Positions 49,501-62,027 are shown, numbered from the whole stretch's first letter. The stretch is DNA of 63,186 bases, filler included, from Hyphochytrium catenoides (GCA_900088475.1; 9 parts of 9 records of this genome joined end to end with filler, not necessarily neighbours in it), one strand, 5' to 3'. Notes: generated by a model not told the origin, from the letters alone. Translations and numbers: made by a program.

Positions 49501-52323
49501 CGACATACGACAGGTAAGCGTGATTGATGGGCGTTCCCACAAAACCGTATGGACAAGGAGCTAAGAGGTAAATTGCTCCAGAGAAATGACCATAGAATAT
49601 GAAGGGTAAATACGAGGCAGGGTTTGTCTCGTACATTGTTTTATTGGGGCTATAACCCCCAAAGGTACTCGGTTTACACGCCGGCACCACTTTCTCTCCT
49701 GTCAGCTGTGGCTCCCACGACGCCGCATAAGACCAATCTAACAGACACGGAAGAGACGGAGTCCTAATTCATTACCGGTGCCAGGGTGCATGCTTTACTT
49801 CGAGTACATACCTTCGAGGCCTCCGTCTACAGGATAGACGATTGCTATGCAGATTTTGGGACACAAGCGAGGTTGAAGAAACAAAATCGGAACATAAGCT
49901 TAGTCAACCTCCGTTTACAGGGTCTCTTTGAGACAGCTTTGTATACCGTTCATCGTTCCAGTGGGATAGGTTTTCTTCAAGTGAAGGAGAACGGCACCGC
50001 ACGAAAAATATTGGGAGGGAGGTTAGCTTTACTAAGGAGGCCAAGGGTGACGTCATCACCGACAATGAAAGAAGAAGAAGAGATAATTGCTGAAGAGAGG
50101 AAAGAGGGTAAAAAGATTGAAAGAGGGACAAAGAATGCCACTTCGACAGTTGGTGATTACTGAGGCGACATTAGACCCTCAAGTGAACACTAGGCGTAGT
50201 GTGAGAAGCTTGAAGCGGTACTGGCATCAAAGGCCCAAAGGAAACTTACAGGATAGGCACCTGCAAACAAAGCTTGGCCCCGAGCAACTGCACTGAGGGC
50301 TGCATCATCCGGAGCTGCGCCGCCCCATCTATCATGGTTTGGAGCACCCCATTGATATCCAATAGCCTTCTCAGGACGAACAAAGCAACGACAATGATCA
50401 GAGAGTGCCGCAGCCCATTAAAGAATCAAAGCGACAGGAAAGAGAGGGTTGAAACCAAAATCACGTGCCAAGAGGAGGGCGCAATTTATGCGGAGTCCAT
50501 AAAGACTACGAATAGCGTCACGCTAGCGCTGCTATGACGTTAGAGCTGGGAGAGCACCTGCATCCCTCCATGGAAGGTGACGCCTATTTGGAACATGTGC
50601 TCCCTCCACAGCTCGTTGATGGCACGTGCCGTTACGCTTCGCATACACTGAGAGGCTTTGATCATAACAATAGTAGACCCAGACGACATTAGTGTGGAGG
50701 AGTACTCAAATCAGCAGACAGGGCTAGTCATCTAAGTTGTGGACAGGAATCAGCTTGCCAGGAGGAACAAGCTCATCAGTGTAGGCAGTCAGGTAAAAGA
50801 GAAGGAAAGCCAAAGGTGCCTCTCCAGGTTGCCGCCGAGGCTGTGTAGTCTTACCGTCAACGAGGTAGGGAAAGTCTCTATTGGGATCAACGTCATTCTC
50901 TTCTCTCTTATTCTGCTCAGGAGTGTCAGTCAACTCTTGACCTGCTTTTGCCCTCTTTGTTGTGTGCATCTTGCTTGAGATAATGAAAGGTAATTTTCTT
51001 CACCTCCGCCGTTTTGCTGCTCAAATGCATCCTTCCGCAAACCCGCCAATTTGTGTGTCCTTCTCACCTGAAAATAGCCAAGGGCATTGGTGGTTGGCAT
51101 CATGAATATAGACCGCTCATTGACCAATGTTCGTAACCAGCGGTTCGAGTCATTGGATGCCATGTTTTCAACGAGAAGAATCGCCTATATTTGACACGCC
51201 ACGAAAGTAGCAAGGGTTTCAATGGTGCAGCCTCTCGAGAACTAAAAGTGCTTATCGACATTGCGGCGGAGAGATGAAGAAGGTATTACGGCCGAGAGGC
51301 CCAGTAGTTGGCGAAGAAAGTGGCATGAGGCATGTGGAAACCTCTAAAGAAACTAGTCTTCGTCACATACAAGTGCCTAGTGAGGAAATTGCCTAGTAAT
51401 GGGGAAGGAATGTCTAGGAGAGAAAAAATAGATTAGGGAACCTCTTAAGGCAAGAGCACTCTTCAAGGCCAGGTCTGATAAATAAGCGGCCATACCAGTT
51501 CTGTCACCGTAGGAGGGCCAATCCGTTCATCTCCATGTAGACAACCACTGAAGAATACCTGGAACAACCAGATACGTATTATGACCAACCCTCGACAGGA
51601 ACAACAGCGAACGATGAAGAAGGACCAGCAGGAGCTGAAGCAAGTGTGTTGCTTCAGGTCATGACCAGACCTGGTTCGCACTTACCTCAGGCCGCTCAGC
51701 ATTGAGCGTCTTTTCATTTGTAATACGAATAACCCAGTGTTCGCAGTCCACTTCGGTGTTCAACTCATCTTTAGACGAAAGATGTACCACAGGGGACCGG
51801 AGATATGGGTCCATGGTCAGGGCACAGGTCAGGAAGAGGTTGAATGACGTTCTCTATAGCTGTATTGGGAGTTCTATTAGCGCACCTGCACATTTTCCTG
51901 GTGATGGCAGCCCGTAACGCCTTTGCGCCGAAAACACCTGTTACATTCTGATGTAAGGCAACTTTCAACGGTACCTAGGCAGCAGAGTCGCATCGATGCA
52001 GGCATGCACTGCGAACAGGCGTTCGCGGAATACTGGAGCCTAACCACCAGCTGGAGGTAGAAGAGTAACTCCGCATAAATTGCAGCTTCAGGAAACATAT
52101 GGTGACAGGAGAATGTTGGGGACCCCTCGATCGATCGCCTTCACTTTACCTCCACGAAATCAGGGTAGCTTTCATTAAGGCGCAGAAGAACGCTCACAAT
52201 TTCTCCATATGATCGATACTGGTATGGGACCGGCGATGGTGTCACCGAGGCTAAACCGCAAAGGAGGGAGCACAGCACTGGGATGAGATAGACGGCGTAG
52301 GACGGGAGTAGGTAGCTAGCCAT
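46526..52323 (-). CDS. M14 zinc carboxypeptidase, type I membrane protein (many short exons)
   Basis: Signal peptide; YRSYGEI; PEVFFSGCLHGDERIGP (HxxE); PTTNALG; REENDVDPNRDFPY; TFHGG; YPVDGGLEDWSYA; VETSD; C-terminal TM VPLVAVLVILVVCCTGSALLVYTFL; last exon ends EEQSSMI* at 46526. Confidence 0.9.
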
Positions 52324-53074
52324 GTTGGAGCTTTGTGCGGTCTATTGTCGCTCGGCTGGGTCCTGCACCCTAAAACAGCCCAACGCAGTTAACGCATAGA
52401 GCTGTGGGAGCCGGCCAGCGCTATTGGCGGTTTGCGAGCCGAAGTGGTGTAAGTCGACCAAGGCAGACGGCGCTTGGGTCACAGCGGTCGCGTTAGCTCA
52501 TCTGCTGTCGGCTAGCTCATCGGCTGTCTGGCTTGCCCTCATCATCGCCGTCCCTCGTCCCCTGACCTGTAGAACTATCATCTGCAAGGCATAGATTTGG
52601 TAGGGAGAAGAGACGAGTTCTGAAGGTGGCACGATTCAGAGCGCTAACCTACTGATTCCTACTCTGTAACAAGGGAGTGCTTGATGTGCTTGAGTGCTAT
52701 TGTCATTATGGAGGTTTGTTCCTAAGAGGGATCGTAGTCTTGAACAGTATCTGTCAAACCTGAACCCACAGAGAATCACTTAGTGATAACCGATGATAAG
52801 TATCCAATGCTGGTTTTATTCGAAGCAGTTCGCGCGCTGTACCTGCGGCACGAGTGAAGTGCCTGATGAGTCTGTGAGTCTCCAATGACGGAGCACAAGC
52901 TATTTCTTATGACGGATCTCTTCTGAGATTCTCCCTTCTCTTTGCTGATTGCTGATCTTCTCTATTCTAGAACTATCGCTCTCTTTGTCCGGATCGCTTC
53001 ATCGCTGTTAGCTGTCCAACCTTATAGAAGAGTCTTGCGGGCATCGTCCTATGGGAGGCCGCGAGAAGGACAAA

Positions 53075-53174
53075 NNNNNNNNNNNNNNNNNNNNNNNNNN
53101 NNNNNNNNNNNNNNNNNNTTAATTAATTAANNNNNNNNNNNNNNNNNNNNNNNNNNNNNNNNNNNNNNNNNNNN
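53075..53174. other. Artificial scaffold linker
   Basis: 44N-TTAATTAATTAA(53119-53130)-44N. Confidence 0.98.
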
Positions 53175-53297
53175 CTCTCATAAATCTGAAGAGCTCAACT
53201 TTCCTTCATCTCGTTCCCTGACACTTTGTCTCAAATAGTTAAAAGTAAATAGCTCCTTTGTCATTGACACTCATCCCTAGGTACCCCTCACCAATCT

Positions 53298-53420
53298 TCA
53301 ACCTATGTGAGTGCCAAGTCATGGGCGGCTGCTCTACCAGCGGTGGCGACTTGTGCGAAGAGATGGCTTCAATATTGGACGGGGTGCAGAAATGCACTAG
53401 CAATAGTTCGACCGCCCGGT
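53298..53420 (+). pseudogene. Class II histone deacetylase exon relic (frameshifted)
   Basis: Allowing two frameshifts, it reads TYVSAKSWAAAL-/GGDLCEEMASILDG-/CRNALAIVRPPG followed by GTAAG. This resembles the 'TY...S..AA..A.G......VL.G..RN..AIVRPPGHH' segment of class II HDACs. No downstream HDAC exon was found. Confidence 0.6.
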
Positions 53421-53622
53421 AAGAGTGATGATAGGAGACTGGGGGATCTTATGATTACTAAGATTTCCGTTCTTATACCCAAAGCGCCAACAAACAGCAA
53501 TGACCAGTCCGTCGTACATCTTAGAAGCTTTAGTGGGAGACTGCTTCTTCTGCTCTCGCAGCTACTTACAGAGCTATTTCCTCTAATAACTAGGGAAAGA
53601 TTGCCAGACCCAGATGCTTTGG

Positions 53623-55765
53623 TCAATGAACCCAGAGTTCAGCTGAGGAGCAGAGCTGCAGCGTTGCATCTATTCGTAGCTTTCCCACTCGATGAGAATG
53701 GGCCTGCAACTCCCTCCGTAGCTGCTGCGACATCTTGCCGTGGACATCCGCCGCCAGACTCATCTCCTGCGCGTCCGCGAAGCCCCGCCGAGTGTGCCAT
53801 CCAACCCTTGAGCTCCCATAGCGAGTGCCACGATCAGTGCCAGCAGCTTCGGCTATGAGTGCACCGCCTCTGACCACACTCGCGCACTCCAATAAAGATT
53901 GCTGCTCAATCAGTGCATCTTCATATAAGTTCTGTATGAGAGCTGCTTGCGCTGAAAACTTCTCCTCTAGTTGGGCGCGTTCGGCGGCCAAACTCACAAG
54001 CGAGTCCCCATCATCCTTAGCAGGCAAGCTCATAGATCCTACGCATCCGTGGAGAGTAGAACATGCATGACTGAAGCGCTTGCTCATCGTGGTCGAGCAT
54101 CTTCGTGAACTATGGTGAGAACTTTGTACCTCTTAGTGCTTCTTCATAGCACTTCTCGCAGGCTGCCCACCCACTGATGCTTTCACTCCGATAGCATTCT
54201 CTGTCGCCCAGCTTGGTGCCCTGAGAGCATTTCTGCTGCTGTCGCTGCGTTTTCTTGACCTTTGTCTTGAACTGTAGCGCGAGCTCCTCAGCAGCAGCCG
54301 CTCCGTCTGGACTTTTTCCCTGTTCATTAAACCAACGGCCTCATCCTGCTGTCCAGGCCCATCATTTCTTCTGTGTAGATACGCTGCTTCTTCTCTTCAC
54401 TGGAGAAGGCGCACTTCAGCGGGATAGAAGACGGTACCCTGCTCTGGCCCAGGAAGCGCGGTAGCGCTGAGGAGAAGTTACAGATGAGCCTATAGCAGGC
54501 GTCGCAGGTGTCCCACTTAGAGATAGGGCCGCCGTTGAAGTTCCACTAGTACTTCTGTCCAGGCGTCTCGCTTGGTCCAGGACAGCGAGGATAGTTCTCC
54601 ATAAAGGTCGTATTCCCTCTCACAAAGAAGTCAAAGTCGCGGCGCCTCTGAGAGACCTGCCAAGCGCAACGAAGCCATGGGACACTGAGGCTACACCGAA
54701 CTCCAACATCATCAGGTGGTAGATCCGGTAGCTCGGCAGGCAGGAGGACGAACGCAGTTGATGAGAAGGGCTTGGGAACTAGAGGTAATAGCATCAGCAC
54801 TTTCCTAGCAAATGATAAAATCCGACGATGCTCCGGCCATCGTATGCCACCCCATATAGTCGCGTACGAAGTGTGCTTGCTCACACGGAGGGAGAAGCGG
54901 TATAGCTGCCCACTCTACTAGAGGGCCAGTCCCATCGCTTGTTGCAGGAGGAGGAGGAGGAGCAGAAGCTGCAATCGCTGTTGCTAAGGTAAGCGACTGG
55001 ACGCTTTCGATCACTGCGGCAATGTCAGTATTTGCCGCTGGTCCGTCATTGCTAGTAGCAGTGGGCCCTCTGTCAGGATGACCAGGTGACTCTGTCTTTT
55101 CCTTAGCCTTTTGGCGTGTCACTGTCCCTTCAGTAGAAGCAGGAGCGACAGGCTTTGGCTCCTCCTCTTCTCTCTCACGTGCTTGGGCCCAGGGATCAGG
55201 CAAGGAAGAATGAACTCCACAGGAGGTCACGAAGCCCGCTGCCATGATGAGGTAGTGCCCTGCTAGCTGTTAGAGTTGCTCCACGATGGTGATTATTATG
55301 CTCCACTGCTGCTGGGTGTACCTGCTCTTGGGGTTGTCCATAGGGTTGTCCCTAGCGTCCAGCATAGGAGGCTCCTTGTTGTTGACGAAGACCGATGTCG
55401 GTCTGCTGCGGATAGCAAGAGTGTGGAGGTGTAGGCCAAGCGATCTGCGGGGGAGGAGGATATGGTGCTGGCCGCAGGTGGTGCACGGCTTGCTGATGTT
55501 GTTGTTGCTGGTGGTGGTGAGAGGAAGCTGGCTGCGGCGGTAAGAAGAGTGGCGCATATGAAGGCTTCTGGGAGGAATGACTTGGATAGTAATAGGACGA
55601 GGGTTCATAGAGGCCTGACGCCGGCAAGGCAGGAGCTGCAGCGATCGGAGGAGGAACAGGAGGAGGCGGTGCAATAGGAAGAGGAACTGACCTCTTCCCA
55701 TCATCTGTCTCATAATAGAAATAGCAACCAGGAGGCGGAGGAGGAGGAGACGAGAAGTTGCTCAT
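53623..55765 (-). pseudogene. Disrupted gene: Pro/Gln-rich N-terminus plus repeated C-x-(x)-G...W-x2-C-x2-C-Y modules
   Basis: Consecutive frames MSNFSSPPPP..., RCPGPSETPGQKY*WNFNGGPISKWDTCDACY and KCSQGTKLGDRECY...GWAACEKCYEEAL are broken by TAG stops (55352, 54805, 54546) and frameshifts. Confidence 0.6.
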
Positions 55766-57104
55766 CTTTCAATCAACGAGAAAGAATAGAAGAAGGCCCG
55801 AAGCTTCGTTCTCTGCGGGGTTTATAATGGGGCTGCGGCCGCGGCTCACAAGGATAAGAGGATGGACGAGGCTGCAAAAAGAGCACTGACGCACCTGCTG
55901 GTGCCTATCTTCTGGATTGCTGGCATCCACAACCTCGTAGTCCCACTAAAGAAACCTTCCTTTGACCCCTTCTTCTGGTTTGCTACTATCTTCGACAGCA
56001 AGAGTCATCTGTATGAAGGAGATGAAGATGATGCCTCCGCCGCCTAGTGTTCTACCTTTTGTTTGTACCGGTACCCTATCGAAGAAGTCCATTAGACATG
56101 GTTGGATGATGGCGCAATCTTTTTCCGCCATTGGCCACACTCTGGTGCCCACAATGATGATGTTGGCAGGTCTCTCTCTTTGCCTGTCTTTCATAATGAA
56201 ACTATTAAGCTTGGACTCTTCTATGCATGGCATTCGCGTGTTGTTGGAGTTGGGAGTTGGAGAACTAGTGAGGTCNNNNNNNNNNNNNNNNNNNNNNCGG
56301 CGAAATGAAGCCAAGCTCTTCCTTTATTTGTAGCAGGAAAGCAGGAACAGTGGTTCTGATGATTTGGACGTGGGGCGTGTTGTCCCACCTCGGTGGTAGG
56401 ACCAAGTTGTAGCAACTGGGTCAAGCTCTTTCATGATGATGGTGGTATCGATGTACGGCAGTCCGTCATTTTGTCTTAGGGAAACATAGTACTGTCAACC
56501 TCCCTCCGTATCATTAGGCTTTTTTGCAACCGTGTCTGGATTCCTACACCCAAACTTGCTCAGGGCATTTTATTACTCTAGTAGCATAATAAATAGTGTA
56601 ACCTTATAGGCACATATTTTGGACTGGACTGCTCGGCAGGTCAGCAGCAACTTGTGTACGAAGTAAATCTGAGTTCCTACAATACAATCGGACTTAGTGG
56701 TGCTGAGGGACTGGAATTTGGTAGAGAGGTGGTGATGGCGTTGATAGTTCTCATATTGATAGAGACATCCCTTGTCGTCATCATTCGTATTGACGCCATG
56801 ATGTCCCATCTCCTTGTATCGGTTATTGTTTCTTTCCGCCTCCTCACTCTGGCACGGCCAGCAGCCTGCTGCCATTAGGGAGAAGCATTCAAGCTGCTAT
56901 TCTCTTTTCTCCTTCTGCTGCGACCTGAATTACAAGACCTGTCCGGGTGCCTGCCGATATGGCAAAGTCCTAGGAGGGAAAGGGGATCCTCGGTCGCAAG
57001 TTGGACGATCTCATCATACTAAAATTTCCTCATAGAGGACGTTGCAACAAGCGGTCCACAGCAGGAAAAGCTGGATCACTCTAATACAAAGAGCAATACA
57101 AAGG

Positions 57105-57445
57105 ATGGAAGCCAAGTTCGAAGACAAGGATTTGCTGGTCTCTAACACGGTCATTGTTTCCGTGTTAACAGCCGCTTTAGGATATGCCTTGGTCCGCATC
57201 ATCTATTCTGGCGCTCGTTTGTATGCACAGTTCCGAAAACAGTTCTGGTTGGCACTAGTTGTGTCGGACGCCTCCGTTGGGTCTAACCCTAGCATACTCC
57301 GCCCAACATGGGCTCAATTTGGTGCTGGTGGAGTAGCGGTCGCGACACTGATGATCCTTCTCAGTCCACTACTGTCTTTCTTAGCATCCTCCGGCGCTAA
57401 CTTTGTGATTGACACTGTCAAGCTATCAGAGCCATACAGTGGGAC
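57105..57445 (+). CDS. Hypothetical membrane protein, 5' part (truncated by the scaffold end)
   Basis: Open from ATG 57105 to the gap, with two hydrophobic segments (VIVSVLTAALGYALVRII and GVAVATLMILLSPLLSFLA). Confidence 0.45.
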
Positions 57446-57545
57446 NNNNNNNNNNNNNNNNNNNNNNNNNNNNNNNNNNNNNNNNNNNNTTAATTAATTA
57501 ANNNNNNNNNNNNNNNNNNNNNNNNNNNNNNNNNNNNNNNNNNNN
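57446..57545. other. Artificial scaffold linker
   Basis: 44N-TTAATTAATTAA(57490-57501)-44N. Confidence 0.98.
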
Positions 57546-58292
57546 TCTCTCTCTCTCTCTCTGTCTCTCTCTCTCTCTCTCTCTCACACTCTCTCTCTCT
57601 TTCTCTCTCTCTCTCTCGCTGCTGTCTTGGCATCTTCATGGCTCTTCTGGCTCTTTCTGACTCTCTTGCCACTTGCAACCAACACAACAATGCGACAATA
57701 TTAGGCTTTTGCTTGGTTCATTTACCTCGAATGCGCTAACATAACGGGTTAGAAGTCCATGAGATATTTCTTTAGGCAACTTAAAACGGTCTTAATACTG
57801 ATAGAGGAACTAATACGATAATATAAGATATCGGTCCAATGTCCCTGCTGTCATTCCTCTGTCTCTCTCAGCCTCCCTCCGCTCCCTCTGTGGCTTTGTG
57901 TGTGTCGTGCGCTCTTCCCCATTTCTTATATAAAAAAATCTTCCAAGTGTCTCTCTCCTTCGTAGGGATCTCTCTCTCTTTTTCTCTCTCTCTCTGTCTC
58001 TCTCTCTCTTTCCCTGTCTCTCTCTAACTCTGTTTCTTTCTCTCTCTCTCTCTCTGTCTCTCTCTCTCTCTTCCTCTTCTTCCCCGAGTGTTCCTTCGCG
58101 CACACCTCACTTCTTCCAAACTGAGGGTCTCTCTCTTAAGGAAGCTTGGCGATCTCGTCAAAAGAGAAAAGATGGAAGGCTCGGACACACACACATCGAA
58201 GAACCTCTTCACCTCGCTGTCTCTCCTCTCTTGAGACTCTCTTCTTTCTCTCTTTTCTATTCCCAGCGTTGAAAGACTTCCACGCAGTTGCC

Positions 58293-59182
58293 ATGTCAGG
58301 TTATCGAGAGACAGAGGAAAACCCTCTTCTCTCTCTTCTCTCTGTACAGGAGGGAGAGAGAGAGAGAAAGGAATGGGGGGAGAGAGAGACAGAAAGAGAC
58401 AAGAAAGAGATCGGAAGAGAGAGGATCTGTCCCGCCGTCATTCTGGATGGCGGTCTGGCCACAGAGCTGGAGGAGGGAGCGGGACAGGATCTGAAGGATC
58501 CGCTGTGGTCAGCCAAGCTTCTTATTGAGAACCCGAAGATTATCAGGTGAGAGATACCGAGTCTTCTCCCTCTTTCTCTTTCTCTCTCTCTTTCTCTCTC
58601 TCTTTCNNNNNNNNNNNNNNNNCCTCTCTCTTGCTCTCTCTGTGGCCTTTCTGCTTGGCGGGCCTCTCTCTCCGTCCCTATCTCTCCGTCTTCTCTCTCT
58701 TGCGTTCTCTCTCTTATTCTTATTCTTTCTTTAACCTTCTCCTCTCTCTGTCCATCTTTGCCTTTGGCTTACATTCTCTGTCCGCCTCTTTTCCCCACTG
58801 ACTCGTTCTCTCAAAAGTTCCTATCTCTCTCTCTCTTTCTGTGTCTCTACCTCTCTCTCTTTCTCTTTAACCCTCTTCCACAAAGGACGCTCTTTCTCTC
58901 ATCTCTCTTTCTGATTTATTTCTCTCCTAGAGACACACATCTTCGTTACCTTCAGAGCGGTGCAGACGTCGTCATAACATCAAGGTGAATGTGCAAATAA
59001 GCAATAGTAAGAGGGAGGAAGCGAGAGAGAGACGGGGAAAGGGAGAGAAAGAGAGAGAGTGAGAGAGAGAGTGTGTGTGAGTGAGAGAGAGAGAGAGAGA
59101 GTGTGAGAGAGAGAGAAAGAGAGAGAGAAAGAGAGAGAAAAAGAGAAGAGAGAGAGAGAAGAGAAGAGAGAGAGAGAGAAAA

Positions 59183-59235
<53 letters not shown>

Positions 59236-59560
59236 CACATCGAAAACTGATGAGGAAGTACCACCATGGTCGAGAGGAAGGAGAGACACAGAAAGAAAAG
59301 GGAGGGAGAGATAGAAAAAGAGAGGGAGGGAGCGAACAAACAGCAACCAAAAGAAGAGACACGGTCCAGCAAACAGAAAGAGCGATAGAGGCGGACAGAG
59401 GGTCCAATGAGAAAGACTGGCCACACTTTTTGGCAGCTTTCCTAACACCGAAAGCTCTCTCTCTCTCTTTCTCTCACTCTCTCCCCTTCTTTCTCTTTTT
59501 TCTCTCTCTCTCTCTCACACATACGCTCTTTCTTGTAGCTACCAGGCTTCCTTTGAGGGC
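58293..59560 (+). CDS. Homocysteine S-methyltransferase family protein, 5' part (exons 58293-58546, 58931-58984, 59539-59560)
   Basis: [12 protein letters not shown]...[20 protein letters not shown]|[17 protein letters not shown]|SYQASFEG is the HMT/MmuM N-terminal signature. Confidence 0.92.
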
Positions 59561-59660
59561 NNNNNNNNNNNNNNNNNNNNNNNNNNNNNNNNNNNNNNNN
59601 NNNNTTAATTAATTAANNNNNNNNNNNNNNNNNNNNNNNNNNNNNNNNNNNNNNNNNNNN
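59561..59660. other. Artificial scaffold linker
   Basis: 44N-TTAATTAATTAA(59605-59616)-44N. Confidence 0.98.
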
Positions 59661-60280
59661 TGGACAGCCTGCTGTTTCTCCTGCTGCTGATCTGCAAGAG
59701 CGCCGGCTCCCTGACAGCGTGAAGATGCTATTGTCTCTCTTTCTCTTTCTCTCTCTCTCTCTCTCTCCCTCTCTCTCTCTCTCTTCGGTGGGCTCAAAAA
59801 GAGGATATGATGGATGATAGATGTATCCCAGCGCTGTCGTCTCTCTGTCTCGCGCTTTGTCTCCAACTTTCTCTCTTCTCTTTACTTCTTCTCTCTCTCT
59901 CTCTCTTCCTCTCCCCAATACTCTTTCTTCCCTCTGTCTCTCTCTGTCTATTCATACTCTTCTCTCTCTCCTTAAGATGTTTTTCTCTCTCTTACGCTCT
60001 GTCTCACTCTCTACTCCTAAACGGGCAGTGTCTTGAGGTTTTCTTACACTCTGTCTCTCTCTCCTCTGTCTCTCACCCAAACTGCCCAATGCTACTCGTA
60101 CAGATCTCAAGAATGGGTGGGATGACCCACCATTAGAAATAATCTTAACTATTTTTGGGGTGGGTGCGTATGACTGGGCAATAATGGGCTTTCTCGTCAT
60201 CAATAAACAAAAGCTTCCTTTGTCGTTCATAGCACCAAAATGACGGGACACTGACCACCAAGAGAGAGAGCCAATGTGAA

Positions 60281-60343
<63 letters not shown>

Positions 60344-62027
60344 TCTCTCACACAAACTAGTACCATCTCTCTTCCCCTTCTTTCTTCTTGCTCCAATCCC
60401 ACGCAGTGTGATGATGGAGAAGAGAATAGAACTAAGTCTGCGTTGATCATATCATCAGTTTCCACATCTTCCCCCTAGTATTTACTGCCGTGGCAAGCAC
60501 CGCGTGATTACGGACTGGTATCGCCCTACCTTCTGCTATCTGGCGGCCTCTCTCTATCCCTCGATCAGCTAGCTCGTCCTCCTCCTCATTTACATACGTT
60601 GTCAATGTCAACTACTACCTTCCTTCTTCCCTTCTATGGCTGCTTGGTGGTGGGTAGTATTAGTCTCCTTGGACTCTCCAGCAGCTCTGTTGCGACGGAC
60701 TGCGTCGATCTTCATCTAACTCACTTGCTGCCCTCATCATCACTGTCTTATTATTAGCCGCAGTGAGCTCCAGCAGCTCAGTGCCGCCCTTCTTCCTTTT
60801 ACCACCACGCGGATCACACAGATGATAAGAAAGAAAGAGAACATCATTAAAAGACCTGCCTTCTTTGTCAGTCAAAAGCGCTGAGAGTCTAGAAGAAAAT
60901 ATAGCTGCCCATCGAGCTTCTTTTTCATCAGTTGTGGCTGGCGGCCTGAAGCACCACCACCATTTCCTGGCAAATTCTCGACTTTAAAGTTTATTATGGG
61001 CCTTCTTTCTTCTCTGTCTTCGTGTTACGACTTTACTCTGGAGCTCTTTATTATACTACCTTCCTGTGCCACTTGCTCTAATCTATCTCAATAATGAGAC
61101 GCTCTTCTCCTTATCGTTCTTCTCCTCGTCTGGCATACCGCTAGCGTAAAGAGATCATCATCATCGTGATGATGGAGACAACAACGAAGAGGAGAAAAGC
61201 GCGAGAAGAAAGAGAGGAGAGCGAGGAGTAGGTTCCTATTGTCTGATGATGAGAGTGTGTGTGAGAGAAAGAAGAGAGAGAAAGAAGAGAGAGAAAGAAA
61301 AGAGAGAGAGAGAGAGAGAGNNNNNNNNNNNNNNNNNNNNNNNNNNNNNNNNNNNNNNNNNNNNNNNNNNNNNNNAGAGCAAAAGAGAGACTTGTCTTTT
61401 TTCCTTTGGTGAGATCTTTCCCTATGATCGACAGATGGTCGCTTATTACTAATCCGCAGCCCTTTATGCCGAATAACTAAAGATTCACTTTGCATGAGGA
61501 AGATACGCCTATTACTACGCCCTAAAAGTGTTATAAAAGGCCTAATATATGAGGGAGGAGAGAGCGTATTATTACAATGTAACACAAAACCAGGTCCGAA
61601 GAATCAAGCCAAAGGTAGTAATCAATGGCCAATTGATTCTTTCATGTTCCATTGTTTATAACTTGCAAAACTACTAGCCGATAAACGTCTGAGTAGTTAT
61701 CGACCACTTGTGGTCTTTGTTGTTGAGGTTCAGGCCCTATTTGTCCTCTCTCCCAGTGCCGTTTCTGGAACCAGAAGGGAAAGGAAGTAAAGAGCAATGA
61801 GGAAGAGGCACTCCGCATGATAGGCAGAGGAGGAAAGAGATATTGTAGAGGCAGACAGAGAGAGATATAAGAGAGGAAGAAGACACGAAGAGAGGTGCAA
61901 GAAAGAGAAGGATGAGCACAGAGAAAGAACGAGAGAGAGACAAAGGACAAGAGCAGGTGCTGGGAAGTCATACAAGGAGAGACAGAGTGAGAAAAATAGT
62001 GGGAAAATAGGTAGAGAGAGAGAGAGA

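Noticed and set aside
52860-52900. Second CTGATGAGTC...GAC hammerhead-like string
   Set aside because: The GAAA core and cleavage triplet context are missing.
53623-55765. TAG reassigned to glutamine (alternative genetic code)
   Set aside because: I found no in-frame TAG in the conserved genes decoded here (PP4, SepSecS, TRMT11, helicase). Three genes appear to end at TAG, and this locus also has frameshifts.
25691-59560. SepSecS plus homocysteine/selenocysteine methyltransferase as a selenium gene cluster
   Set aside because: The two genes lie on different scaffolds joined artificially, and the HMT fragment cannot be assigned Sec specificity.
60400-61070. Possible minus-strand coding relic (REFARKWWCFRPP...)
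   Set aside because: It has stops and no recognisable motif, so no feature can be supported.
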